Position numbers and translations under genes: made by a program. DNA of 64,000 nt from Pseudomonadota bacterium (lineage in GTDB: Bacteria > Desulfobacterota > Syntrophia > Syntrophales > Fen-1087), in contig JAZDIK010000032.1 of assembly GCA_043805145.1 (NCBI GenBank), forward strand, positions 15,485 through 79,484. Direction: 5' to 3'. Position 1 is the stretch's first letter, and each line of letters opens with the position of its first letter. Below the pieces are notes generated by a model, which saw nothing but the letters and a program-made list of their open reading frames with translations, was not told the DNA's origin and made no database searches. Positions 45,954 through 55,622 of the stretch are shown here, in pieces.

Positions 45954-48185
45954 CTACCATGAAAAGGGTGTAAATTCTTTTATCGAATTAATAAACGCGT
46001 TCGGCCTGATGACTGATGGTATATTGGAATACTTGTCGCTCCATGGCCTCAACATTTCCATTTTCAGACTCGAAGCACTTTCTTTCCACTGCAGTTGAGA
46101 AGCAAGCGTATGATTGACTTGCCGATCCCATGTCAAAGCCATCCATTTTGACGCCAAAAGCTCAGGCCCTTGCTCCTCGTTCGAATCATACAGCGCGAAG
46201 GCATCGACAGCCTTGGCGTTGCTGAACAAAACAGGCGCAAGGTCAAGGTACCTGTTGCTGATATGGAACAGAATCAGTCCCTCGTCTTTCATGTGCGCCT
46301 TATATTCCCGGATCGCATCCGTCGTCAGAAGATGCACGGGGACAGAATCTCCACTGAAGGCATCGATGATCAATATGTCGTAATGCTTCCGGGGAGTCTT
46401 CCTTAAGGCAATCCGCGCATCGTCAAAAAAGAAGTTCAGTTTTGCGCGGGAATTCTGCAGATAATCAAAAATGTTTACGAAGACAACAATGTCCGGATCC
46501 AGTTCAAAGAAGTCCATTTCTTCGCCCTTTTTTCCGTAAGCACTCAGCGTGCCCACGCCCAAACCGACAACCCCGATCCGGTTGGTCGCGAAATGGCTGC
46601 TGGCCAGCACTTTCCCCACCGGCGTCTTTCGATGATAGTAGGCCAGTGGCTCCTCTCTTTTTGCATGATCTTCCGTACGGTATTGGACGCCATGGAGCGT
46701 GGTCCCGTTCATCAGCCTGAGAACGGTCCGGCTGGCGCTTATTTTGTAAATGCCATAGTAATTCCTGAAGGCACGGACGGCCTTGCCGTCCACGCTCCAG
46801 GAGTCTTGAACAAACGGCGCCAGAATCAGGACGATCAGCAGGCATATGCAGAGCGCCGTCTTTTTTTTGTTCAATTCCTTGAAAATAAAGCTGAACGCCA
46901 ATAAAATCATAGCCACGCCGAGGACGTTGTACTTCTTGAATACAAGCGGCCAGGCGATCACGAAGACAACGGCATACGCAATCAAACGTAAATTGTAAAG
47001 ATCGACACTTGAACGCCCCTGCTTCAGGCTCAACGACAATCCGACGAGAAAAAGGCCGAGGAGAAATTCGAGAGGCATCGTGAACAGTCCCGGCGCGAGC
47101 CAGGTTACAAACACGCTGCCCGCGAAGCCGCCAAGGGAAACGATCAGATAAAAACCCGTCAGATCATTCTTTTCCTTCGGCCTGCTCTGGTAGAGCTCAT
47201 GCTGACAAAACATGCAGAGGGCAAAAAGGGACAGGATAAATGCAATAACCTGAGGCGACACAGGAAGGATTCTCCCCTGTGCAAAAAAGAAAAGCAGGAG
47301 ACTGAATCCCATCACCAGATGAAATTTCTCTGTTATCCATTCCGGGTAAAGCGGCTTATCGCGAAAAGTGAGCACAAAAGAAAGCAGATAGATACATAAC
47401 GGGATGATCCAGAGAAGCGGACAGGGCGCAAGTTCATAAGTAATGACATTCGTAACGGAGAGAAAGAGGATGCAACCTGCCGCTGACAGGAGAAACCAGT
47501 AGAGCTTCTGCTTTACCGCCTCATCGGTTAACCTGTGTCTTCTGACAAAGACAGACTTGTCAAAAATTTTCAGATTGGGAACTTCCCTGTCCGAAAAGTC
47601 AATCGTCAGAAGTGAAACGAAATACAGCAGCAGAAACAAGAAGTAGAGTATTCTCCAGATCGTAACCTGGGTGTCCAGATCAAAATATGCTTCGAACAGG
47701 AAAGGATAGCTCAAGAGTCCCATGAACGATCCGACATTCGACACGGCATACAACATGTAGGGATTACGGCTCTCCGGCAACTCGCTGTGCGCCAGCCAGC
47801 TTTGAGTGACAATGCTGATCGTGGAGAGGACAAAAAAGGCCAGCCCGATCGTTAATGACAGCTGCATAAATATATCAATCACCAGGGGAATGCCGGCATG
47901 CGCAACGATTTCCGGCAGCGACCGGCCGGGAAAGAAAAGCAACGGCAACAAAATCAGAATCAAATGCAGGTATCTGTAACGGTACATCCCAAATTTCCTG
48001 ATGACAACATGGGAGTGCAAATATCCCAGAAGCAGGGCAAACTGAAAAAAAACGATGCAGGCGCCCCAGACAAGATAGCTGCCGCCAAACCTGGGCAGGA
48101 ATATTTTGGCAATGATCAACTCAATCTGGAAGAGTAGAAAAGCGGATACAAAACTGAGCGCATAAAGATAGTGGACTTTTTTCAT
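45954..48185 (-). CDS. Fused polytopic membrane domain / spermidine-synthase-like (class I MTase fold) protein
   Basis: Start taken at MKKVHYLY (GAGGAA RBS). More than 12 hydrophobic segments over about 480 aa, then a soluble C-terminal domain with GVVGLGVGTLSAY...ILIIDAFSGDSVPVHLLT, typical of the aminopropyltransferase fold. Confidence 0.65.
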   Translation of the reverse strand: MKKVHYLYALSFVSAFLLFQIELIIAKIFLPRFGGSYLVWGACIVFFQFALLLGYLHSHVVIRKFGMYRYRYLHLILILLPLLFFPGRSLPEIVAHAGIPLVIDIFMQLSLTIGLAFFVLSTISIVTQSWLAHSELPESRNPYMLYAVSNVGSFMGLLSYPFLFEAYFDLDTQVTIWRILYFLFLLLYFVSLLTIDFSDREVPNLKIFDKSVFVRRHRLTDEAVKQKLYWFLLSAAGCILFLSVTNVITYELAPCPLLWIIPLCIYLLSFVLTFRDKPLYPEWITEKFHLVMGFSLLLFFFAQGRILPVSPQVIAFILSLFALCMFCQHELYQSRPKEKNDLTGFYLIVSLGGFAGSVFVTWLAPGLFTMPLEFLLGLFLVGLSLSLKQGRSSVDLYNLRLIAYAVVFVIAWPLVFKKYNVLGVAMILLAFSFIFKELNKKKTALCICLLIVLILAPFVQDSWSVDGKAVRAFRNYYGIYKISASRTVLRLMNGTTLHGVQYRTEDHAKREEPLAYYHRKTPVGKVLASSHFATNRIGVVGLGVGTLSAYGKKGEEMDFFELDPDIVVFVNIFDYLQNSRAKLNFFFDDARIALRKTPRKHYDILIIDAFSGDSVPVHLLTTDAIREYKAHMKDEGLILFHISNRYLDLAPVLFSNAKAVDAFALYDSNEEQGPELLASKWMALTWDRQVNHTLASQLQWKESASSLKMEMLRPWSDKYSNIPSVIRPNAFINSIKEFTPFSW

Positions 48186-48432
48186 GAAATTCCTCATGGG
48201 GGCCGGAACAGCCGCCCTGGCGACTCCTTCTCGGCTTTTCTTTCCTTCCAAGGTATTCCTGTTTTTTCCCATTCGCCGTAGTTACGGGAATGGCTCCGTT
48301 TGCGTCTCCGCATATCATGTACCATGGAGATATGCACCAAAATATTGCCAAATTGCAACCCCGATGGACCCGTAAAAAGTCCAACGACTGTCAAAATTCG
48401 CCACAGACATGCTCCCGATACTTACATTGTTA

Positions 48433-48461
48433 TTGACATAATAAGGAAATCCACCTAGCAT
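48433..48461 (+). promoter_or_regulatory. Candidate sigma70-type promoter for the oxidoreductase/acetyltransferase gene
   Basis: TTGACA (48433-48438), 17-nt spacer, TAGCAT (48456-48461). The 12-bp perfect palindrome CCGGATATCCGG follows at about 48479-48490. Confidence 0.35.
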
Positions 48462-48564
48462 ATATCCATATGTATGGACCCGGATATCCGGCTGGCTATT
48501 GGAAAAGGCTCCACCGACGCGACGGACACTGAGGCCTACGCATGTTTATGCGCTTTTACAACCC

Positions 48565-50151
48565 ATGATAGAGATTCCTCGACTGAAAACTCCCAATATC
48601 GCCGTTATTGGCGCAGGCAACTGGGGCAAAAATCTTGTCAGGAATTACGCAAGCTTAAATGCTCTGAAGCTAATCTGTGACAAGAATGCAGCCATCCTCG
48701 GACAGTTCAGCAAGCAATATCCCCACGTGGATACCTGCCTGACATTGAGCGATGTCCTTACCCGCACGGATATTCAGGGTATCGTCATTGCAACGCCCGC
48801 GGAAACGCACTTTCGGATCGCCCGGGAAGCCATACTGTCCGGGAAGCATATATTTGTGGAAAAACCTCTCGTCCTGAATGAAAAAGACGCGATAGAGCTG
48901 ATTCATTTAGCGGCGGATCAGCACATGATTCTCATGGTAGGCCATCTGATTCAGTATCATCCGTCCTTCGAAAAACTTAGACAACTCGTGGCAACGGGCG
49001 AACTGGGCCGCATAAACTACATTTATTCTCATCGGCTCAATCTCGGGAAAATCCGTCGGGAAGAAAATATTCTCTGGTCGTTCGCGCCACACGACATTTC
49101 AATGATTCTGGCCTTGGCCGGGGATTCGCCGGAAACCGTCATGGCCACAGGCGGCAATTATCTCCATAAAAAAATTGCCGATGTCACGACCACCCATATG
49201 GAATTTGCCTCCGGCCTGAAAGCCCACATTTTTGTTTCATGGCTCCATCCCTTCAAGGAACAGAAGCTTGTCGTTGTCGGCGACCGGAAAATGGCTGTAT
49301 TTGACGACTCGCAGGCTTGGTCGGACAAGTTGCTGCTCTACCCCCATGTAATCCACTGGGAAAACAACATCCCCACACCTGCCAGAAGAGAACCGGAGCG
49401 CATCGAGACACCGCAGGATGAACCGTTAAATGCCGAATGCAGGCATTTTCTGCATTGCATCCGGACGGGACATAACCCGGTGACGGACGGACAGGAGGGA
49501 TTGCGGGTTCAGCAGGTCCTTCATGCGGCGCAGCAGTCCCTGGAAAATAACAGCAAGGCCGTTTCCATGAAACGGCCAGCCGCCGCATCGCCGGATATCA
49601 CAAATCAGCATCCCTGCTTTATCCACGAAACGGCATGGATCGATGATGGCGTTACGATAGGAAAGGGCACCCGGATCTGGCATTTCTCTCATATCCTCAA
49701 AGGTTGCACGATTGGAGAAAACTGCAACATCGGTCAAAATGTGGTCATCGGACCGGACGTTAAAGTCGGCAAAGGTTGCAAGATTCAAAATAACGTTTCC
49801 ATCTATCCGGGCGTTACGCTGGAAGACGACGTATTCTGCGGTCCGAGCATGGTTTTCACGAATATTATCAACCCTCGGGCGCACATCAGGCGCATGTCCG
49901 AGACCAGACCGACCCACGTTAAAAAGGGCGCAACGCTGGGGGCGAACTGCACGATTATCTGTGGAAACACCATCGGCAGCCATGCCTTCGTCGGTGCGGG
50001 AGCCGTGGTCACCCATGACATTCCGGATCATGCCCTGATGACGGGGAATCCGGCGCGACAAACGGGATGGCTGTGCAGTTGCGGAAACAAGCTGGATAAA
50101 AAATTCCATTGCGCAGCATGTAACCGGACCATCCGCAAGGATCTTCCATAA
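48565..50151 (+). CDS. Fusion of a Gfo/Idh/MocA oxidoreductase (WbpB-like) and a left-handed beta-helix N-acetyltransferase (WbpD/WlbB-like)
   Basis: Start at MIEIPRL. N-terminal Rossmann [12 protein letters not shown] plus the EKP motif (FVEKPL). The C-terminal 190 aa carry hexapeptide repeats ([40 protein letters not shown]) and end in a CxC...CxxC cluster. Confidence 0.75.
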   Translation: MIEIPRLKTPNIAVIGAGNWGKNLVRNYASLNALKLICDKNAAILGQFSKQYPHVDTCLTLSDVLTRTDIQGIVIATPAETHFRIAREAILSGKHIFVEKPLVLNEKDAIELIHLAADQHMILMVGHLIQYHPSFEKLRQLVATGELGRINYIYSHRLNLGKIRREENILWSFAPHDISMILALAGDSPETVMATGGNYLHKKIADVTTTHMEFASGLKAHIFVSWLHPFKEQKLVVVGDRKMAVFDDSQAWSDKLLLYPHVIHWENNIPTPARREPERIETPQDEPLNAECRHFLHCIRTGHNPVTDGQEGLRVQQVLHAAQQSLENNSKAVSMKRPAAASPDITNQHPCFIHETAWIDDGVTIGKGTRIWHFSHILKGCTIGENCNIGQNVVIGPDVKVGKGCKIQNNVSIYPGVTLEDDVFCGPSMVFTNIINPRAHIRRMSETRPTHVKKGATLGANCTIICGNTIGSHAFVGAGAVVTHDIPDHALMTGNPARQTGWLCSCGNKLDKKFHCAACNRTIRKDLP

Positions 50152-50231
50152 ATGCAGAATATTTTGATCATTCCATGCTGAAATAAAAAATGTAGCGGTC
50201 GTCCCCGCCTGTAAAACGAGTTTATCAATTT

Positions 50232-50267
50232 GGGAGCCGCGGTTTGTTAAAGCACGGCCCCTTTTTT
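50232..50267 (+). terminator. Possible terminator between convergent genes
   Basis: GGGAGCCG-15 nt-CGGCCCC followed by TTTTTTAC. The stem is imperfect (one bulge). Confidence 0.35.
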
Positions 50268-51753
50268 ACTTGCATTTCAAGAGTTTTTTTAAATTATATT
50301 TTGCCAATTCATGATTGGGGTCTGCTTTTAATGCTGATTGAAATTCTTTAATTGCGTCTTCTATTTTTCCATTCCTTGCCAGGAGATCACCTAAATTATT
50401 ATGGGCATCAGAAAAATTAGGTGAATATTTTACTGCTTCAGAATAATGCAAGAACGCTTTTGCACGGTTTCCTTGTCGAGAAAATTCAATTGCTAAATTA
50501 TAGTGCGCGATAAAATTCTTAGGCGTGACCTTGATAGCATGCTGAAAAAGTGTGCTGCTATTCTCCCATACTTGCACCTGTGACCACGAAATGATCATTA
50601 AGATAGCTAAAACCATGATGGTTGATACAACCATAAATAATTTTTTATAATGCCATGATTTAAGGATATCCGGGATACCCCAAGCGACCATTATAAATGG
50701 GCCAATGAGGGGAATATATGTATACCGATCCGCCATAGCCTGAGATCCAACTTGGACTATTCCAATAACCGGGATCAATGTACCCAGATACCAAAGCCAA
50801 CCGATAAGGAGATAAGGGTAATCTCGAATAAAATACAAAACCAAAACCGTAATGAGGACAAGTAGAACAATATGAATTAATAATTGTTCTAAGGGAAACA
50901 CCCCGGGATGAGGATAAAAAACAGCCAAGTCAACTGGCCAAAATGTTTTTAGGAGATATTTTACATAGGAAGCAAAGGCATTTGAGATTCGCGTCTGTAA
51001 AGATAATGACTCCCATGTTGCAACGGCCTGGCTGCTTTCTTGTGCGTAGATCGTTATGATACATGAAGCTATGGATAGAATGAAAATGGGGATTTTTTCA
51101 AAAAAAAGACTCAGACTCCTTGTGTTTGTCTGACCAATTTGAAAACGCCTCAGCGGCCAGTAATCCAACAATAAAAGCACAAACGGTAGTGTAACCAGCA
51201 TAGGTTTCGTCATTAATCCCAAAGAGAAGATTAGAAAAACCAATATATATCTATAGAATGAAGGTTTTTCGATGTATAGGGCATAAGTATATATTGTTAA
51301 TAACCAGAAAAGAGCACTAAGAACATCTTTGCGGCTTGATATCCATGCCACCGATTCTACATGGAGAGGGTGGAGAGCAAAAAGTGCAGCAACGGTAAAG
51401 CTCCGCCAGAATGCATTTGTAATGTGTTTTAAAACCAAAAACAGCAGAACACTGTTGAAGAGATGTAACAATAAATTATTCCAATGATATGCACCCGCTC
51501 TTAACCTGAATATTTCATAGTCAAACATGAAAGAAATCCATGTTAAAGGGTGCCAATTGGCATAATGGGTAGTTGTAAATGCCCAAAAAATACCCTTCCA
51601 ATTTAAACCACTTTTTACAATCTGATTCTCTGTGACATATGGAGGATCGTCATAATTAACAAATTCATAATCCTGCACATTGAAGTATACGGCAAGCACA
51701 GCGATAATCAAAATAAGAGAGACGAGTAATGTGCGATATCTTTCCGTTATCAT
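50266..51753 (-). CDS. GT-C-like polytopic membrane glycosyltransferase with C-terminal TPR domain (TMTC/PMT-like architecture)
   Basis: 495 aa, about 10 hydrophobic segments. Acidic first-loop motif FVNYDDPPYV. C-terminal TPR repeats (AHYNLAIEFSRQGNRAKAFLHYSEAVKYSPNFSDAHNNLGDLL...). The gene is visibly AT-rich. Confidence 0.6.
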   Translation of the reverse strand: MITERYRTLLVSLILIIAVLAVYFNVQDYEFVNYDDPPYVTENQIVKSGLNWKGIFWAFTTTHYANWHPLTWISFMFDYEIFRLRAGAYHWNNLLLHLFNSVLLFLVLKHITNAFWRSFTVAALFALHPLHVESVAWISSRKDVLSALFWLLTIYTYALYIEKPSFYRYILVFLIFSLGLMTKPMLVTLPFVLLLLDYWPLRRFQIGQTNTRSLSLFFEKIPIFILSIASCIITIYAQESSQAVATWESLSLQTRISNAFASYVKYLLKTFWPVDLAVFYPHPGVFPLEQLLIHIVLLVLITVLVLYFIRDYPYLLIGWLWYLGTLIPVIGIVQVGSQAMADRYTYIPLIGPFIMVAWGIPDILKSWHYKKLFMVVSTIMVLAILMIISWSQVQVWENSSTLFQHAIKVTPKNFIAHYNLAIEFSRQGNRAKAFLHYSEAVKYSPNFSDAHNNLGDLLARNGKIEDAIKEFQSALKADPNHELAKYNLKKLLKCK

Positions 51754-51966
51754 TGATTTAAATCATATTCTGTCTTGTAATACAATGGTAAGGTTTGATA
51801 AGATATTTCTTCCGTGCGGAGGAAGTATAATCGGGAACAGGGTTCCACGTGCCAGATCATCGAGTATAATTTTTAATCGTACAAACATTTAAATAAATCA
51901 ATCACTAATTTTATATTCAGGAATAATTGCATGCCTATTGATGCCAGAATAGGAAGGTTGAAGTTT

Positions 51967-52746
51967 TCAATCCCTGTCATTGCCTTTTTCAGCCATGATC
52001 AGCAGAACGGATGAAAGATTCCGGGGCATGATGAGGGCTTCGAGCCAGACAAGTCCTGCGTAGAAGCGGTTGGCCCATTTAAAAAAAAGCGCCATGATAA
52101 CCAGTCCGCGGGGTTCTTTGCCGGCAACGGTAGTCTGTAATCCCAATTTCCGGACCAGGTGAACCGCTCCCACCATCGCCATCATGGTCACTTTTTCCAG
52201 CGGCCCCAGAACCTTTTTAACGACAACGGGATATAATCCCGCTGCTGCCAGCTTCTCTGACATTTCATGCAGGTCATATCGCCGGAAATGGTGGACGAAA
52301 CGGTCGTCCAGAGCGAAATAGACTCGGCGATGGGGAAAAGTGATGATTAAACGGCCCGACCGTTTCATAACAGCTGCCATTTCCCGCAAGGCCATGCTAT
52401 CGTCCGGCAGGTGCTCCAATACCTCGGAGGCAATGACATGAGAAAAGGAGGTCTTCTTGAAGGGAAGATGCGTCGCATCGGCAACGATATACCAGCCTTT
52501 CCGCTCATTTTGTCTCAGCCTACGAACCGCCGAAAAGGATAGATCCGTATAGACGATGCGATCTGTAATGGTCGCCACCGGCGACAAGCCGCTCCCCACT
52601 TCCAGTGTCAGGCCCATGTCTTCGCGGCATAACATTTTTTCGATCGCCCTTTTTCTCAGACGGTAGTTATATAAATAATTTTTAAAGGTAATATATTTTT
52701 GATTATCAAATAATTCCTGAAAACGGTTTGTATAAGAGGGCATCAT
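51967..52746 (-). CDS. Class I SAM-dependent methyltransferase (Methyltransf_11-like)
   Basis: 259 aa. LEVGSGLSPVA SAM motif, VIASEVLEHLPD. 4-nt overlap with the upstream GT2 gene. Confidence 0.75.
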   Translation of the reverse strand: MMPSYTNRFQELFDNQKYITFKNYLYNYRLRKRAIEKMLCREDMGLTLEVGSGLSPVATITDRIVYTDLSFSAVRRLRQNERKGWYIVADATHLPFKKTSFSHVIASEVLEHLPDDSMALREMAAVMKRSGRLIITFPHRRVYFALDDRFVHHFRRYDLHEMSEKLAAAGLYPVVVKKVLGPLEKVTMMAMVGAVHLVRKLGLQTTVAGKEPRGLVIMALFFKWANRFYAGLVWLEALIMPRNLSSVLLIMAEKGNDRD

Positions 52747-53507
52747 GAGATTTCGGTGAATAAGGGAGATCGAATCAGTTTCATGCGCGACAAACGAAAC
52801 AGGACGGCCGTCTGAAGGCAGCCCCAGCCGTAGGACATGCTGCGACGGAAGTTGATCGATGAGGCATCGGTAAAATATTTTGTGGGGCAGCTCACTTCCG
52901 CGACGCTGTAGCCGTACCAGATGATCTGCGCCAGCATCTGATTGTCGAAGATAAAATCATCGGAATTCTTTTCCAGGGGTAATTCTTCCAGTAAAGACCG
53001 CGAGAAGGCCCGGTAGCCGGTGTGATATTCTGACAGCTTCGCCCCCAGGAGAATATTCTCCGCAAACGTCAGGAACCTGTTTGCAGCATACTTCCAGAAA
53101 GGCATGCCTCCTTTCATGGCATAACCTCCCAGAATGCGTGAACCGAGAACGCAGTGATACAGTCCGTTGTCGATCATCGATGCCATAGCGGGGATCAGCT
53201 TGGGCGTATATTGATAATCCGGATGCACCATGATGATGATGTCGCCGCCTGCTTCAAGGGCAAGCCGATAACAGGTCTTCTGATTGCCTCCGTAGCCCCG
53301 GTTCTTTTCATGGATGTGGACCCTGGTATTCGGAAGGCTTGCGGCAATCCTGGCGGTTCCATCGCAACTGGCATCATCCACGAGAATGACCAGATCGACG
53401 ATCCCCTGTGACATAACCTCTGCATAGGTCTGCTGCAGGGTTTTCGCCGCGTTGTAGGCAGGCATGACGACGATGATTTTTTTGTCTTTCAACATGATTT
53501 GATTCAT
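52743..53507 (-). CDS. Glycosyltransferase family 2 (Dpm1/ArnC-like, soluble)
   Basis: 254 aa. IIVVMPAYNAAKTL, LVDDASCDGT, HEKNRGYGGN motifs. Confidence 0.8.
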   Translation of the reverse strand: MNQIMLKDKKIIVVMPAYNAAKTLQQTYAEVMSQGIVDLVILVDDASCDGTARIAASLPNTRVHIHEKNRGYGGNQKTCYRLALEAGGDIIIMVHPDYQYTPKLIPAMASMIDNGLYHCVLGSRILGGYAMKGGMPFWKYAANRFLTFAENILLGAKLSEYHTGYRAFSRSLLEELPLEKNSDDFIFDNQMLAQIIWYGYSVAEVSCPTKYFTDASSINFRRSMSYGWGCLQTAVLFRLSRMKLIRSPLFTEIS

Positions 53508-53814
53508 AACATTTCATTAATAACTTTACTACCTATATTCAGTCAATATCCGCAGCGGTATCTGACGATATTATGACAGATCGCTCCGTAAAGGGCGGAT
53601 ATCTGCTGAAGTTGCACTTCGTTTCCCCTGTCGCAATAGATATAGACGATATTTTTGACAACTGAAGAGATTTTGTATATATAAACGACCCTTCTGAAAT
53701 TGTTCCCCTGCAGACGGGTACCATGCTCGAGCGTCTTTGGCCTGCTGTCTCACATGCAAAAACGCTTTTCTTCGGCATAACGCCGGAGGAGCACTTTTTA
53801 TATTTGGTTGTCCT

Positions 53815-54918
53815 ATGTTCAACAACAAAACCGTCGCCGTTGTCATTCCCGCCTACAACGAAGAAGACCAGATTCTTCAGGTGCTGGAAGGCATCCCGGC
53901 ATTTGTGGATCGCGTCATCGTAGTGGACGACTGCTCTACGGATAAAACGGCAGAAGTGGTGTCGAGTTTCATTGCGGGGGCAAATCAAGACAAGCCGGGT
54001 CTTTCAATCGCCGAAAAGAACATCGAGCCGACAAGATACAACCGGGCCGATATGGTCGTCAGTAATATGTCGCTGAAAGAGTCTGAATATTTTACGCCGG
54101 CAAGGATCGTGAACAGTCAGCCCGACAAGGACCGCGTGATATTCATCAAACACCTGAAGAACGGCGGTGTCGGTGCGGCCATCGCCAGCGGTTACAAGTG
54201 GTGCTTGGATCGTCAAATAGACTGCACGGCTGTCATGGCTGGCGACGACCAGATGGATCCTGCCGAGTTGGAATCAATCTGTCGGCCCGTTATTAACGAA
54301 GGCATTGATTATGTGAAAGGAAACCGCCTGATTCACCGCAGCGCCAGACAGGTGATTCCAAAGACAAGATATCTCGGCAACTCCATATTATCGATCCTGA
54401 CAAAAATCGCCTCCGGATACTGGCATGTATCGGATACCCAATCGGGATATACCGCCATTTCATTGCAGGCTCTTCAGTCTATAAGAATTTACGATATTTA
54501 TAAGACCTACGGGATGCCCAATGACCTGCTTGTCAAGCTGAATATCGCCTTCTGCACCGTTAAGGAAGTTGGAATAAAGCCGATCTACAATATCGGCGAA
54601 AAATCGAAAATGAAGCTTTGGAAAGTGATCCCCCGGATTTCCTGGCTGCTGCTGAAATCTTTTTTCATAAGATTGTGGGTCAAATATCTCATCAAGGATT
54701 TTCACCCACTTTTCTTGCTCTATCATTTTTCTTTCCTGCTGGGCATCATGACGCTACCCTATATGTTTAAAATTTTACGTATCATCATTCTTACGAATGA
54801 AAATGTGCCTACCCTGACCATGCTGGCATTCGGATTTCTTTTCATCAGCACCTTTCAGTCCCTCCTGTTCGCCATGTGGATGGATATACAGGATAATGAA
54901 AGGTTATTTAAGTCGTGA
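53815..54918 (+). CDS. Glycosyltransferase family 2 with C-terminal transmembrane segments (polyprenyl-phosphate glycosyltransferase-like)
   Basis: Start at MFNNKTVAVVIPAYNEE. VVDDCSTDKT. Hydrophobic C-terminal segments (ISWLLLKSFFI, LFLLYHFSFLLGIMTLPYMF, LTMLAFGFLFISTFQSLLFAMW). Confidence 0.8.
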   Translation: MFNNKTVAVVIPAYNEEDQILQVLEGIPAFVDRVIVVDDCSTDKTAEVVSSFIAGANQDKPGLSIAEKNIEPTRYNRADMVVSNMSLKESEYFTPARIVNSQPDKDRVIFIKHLKNGGVGAAIASGYKWCLDRQIDCTAVMAGDDQMDPAELESICRPVINEGIDYVKGNRLIHRSARQVIPKTRYLGNSILSILTKIASGYWHVSDTQSGYTAISLQALQSIRIYDIYKTYGMPNDLLVKLNIAFCTVKEVGIKPIYNIGEKSKMKLWKVIPRISWLLLKSFFIRLWVKYLIKDFHPLFLLYHFSFLLGIMTLPYMFKILRIIILTNENVPTLTMLAFGFLFISTFQSLLFAMWMDIQDNERLFKS

Positions 54919-54983
54919 AAGAAACTCTTGACATTTTTTTCATATTCCTTTATGAGTAGAATAGCTACTCACAAAGGAAACTA

Positions 54984-55535
54984 ATGGCCGATTTATTTGC
55001 AGGGTTAATCGCTTCAAAGATCCGGATCAAGCTTCTGCTACGCTTTTTCTTTAATCCGGAGGCTACCTCTTATCTTAGGGAATTAGCTAAGGAATTTAAT
55101 GTCTCTACAAATTCGGTTCGGGAAGAACTCAATGGCTTGACCAAAACGAACCTTTTAAAAGTAGAAAAAAAGGGGCGTAAGGTCCATTATATGGCCAATC
55201 CCGGCCATCCTCTTTTTCCTGAACTCAAATCCATAGTCAGCAAGGTCATGGGGCTGGACCAGGTCATCGAAAGCATCCTCACGAGAGTAGGAGACCTGGA
55301 AAAAGCCTATCTCATCGATGATTATGCCGAGGGCAAGGATACCGGAATCATAGACCTGCTGCTGGTTGGAAATATCGACCAGTATCACCTGAACGATTTG
55401 AGTAGAAAAACTGAACGTTATATCAATCGCAAGATCCGCTCCCTCGTCCTAACCAGGGAGGAATTCAAGGCCTTTATGCCTACACTGCAAGACCGGCCAA
55501 ACTTCCTGGTCTGGGAAAGGCAGGAAGGGACGTAA
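54984..55535 (+). CDS. Winged-helix DNA-binding protein with a C-terminal minimal-nucleotidyltransferase-like domain
   Basis: 183 aa. N-terminal wHTH (SYLRELAKEFNVSTNSVREELNGLTKTNLLKVEKKGRKVHY). The C-terminal segment AYLIDDYAEGKDTGIIDLLLVG resembles a degenerate MNT motif. Confidence 0.5.
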   Translation: MADLFAGLIASKIRIKLLLRFFFNPEATSYLRELAKEFNVSTNSVREELNGLTKTNLLKVEKKGRKVHYMANPGHPLFPELKSIVSKVMGLDQVIESILTRVGDLEKAYLIDDYAEGKDTGIIDLLLVGNIDQYHLNDLSRKTERYINRKIRSLVLTREEFKAFMPTLQDRPNFLVWERQEGT

Positions 55536-55622
55536 CATGACGCAAGAAATCAGCAGGATCGTGAAGAGTCGCGTCTCTGTGATAATCCGAGATTATAATA
55601 ATCGCATAAATCAGGGGGAATC

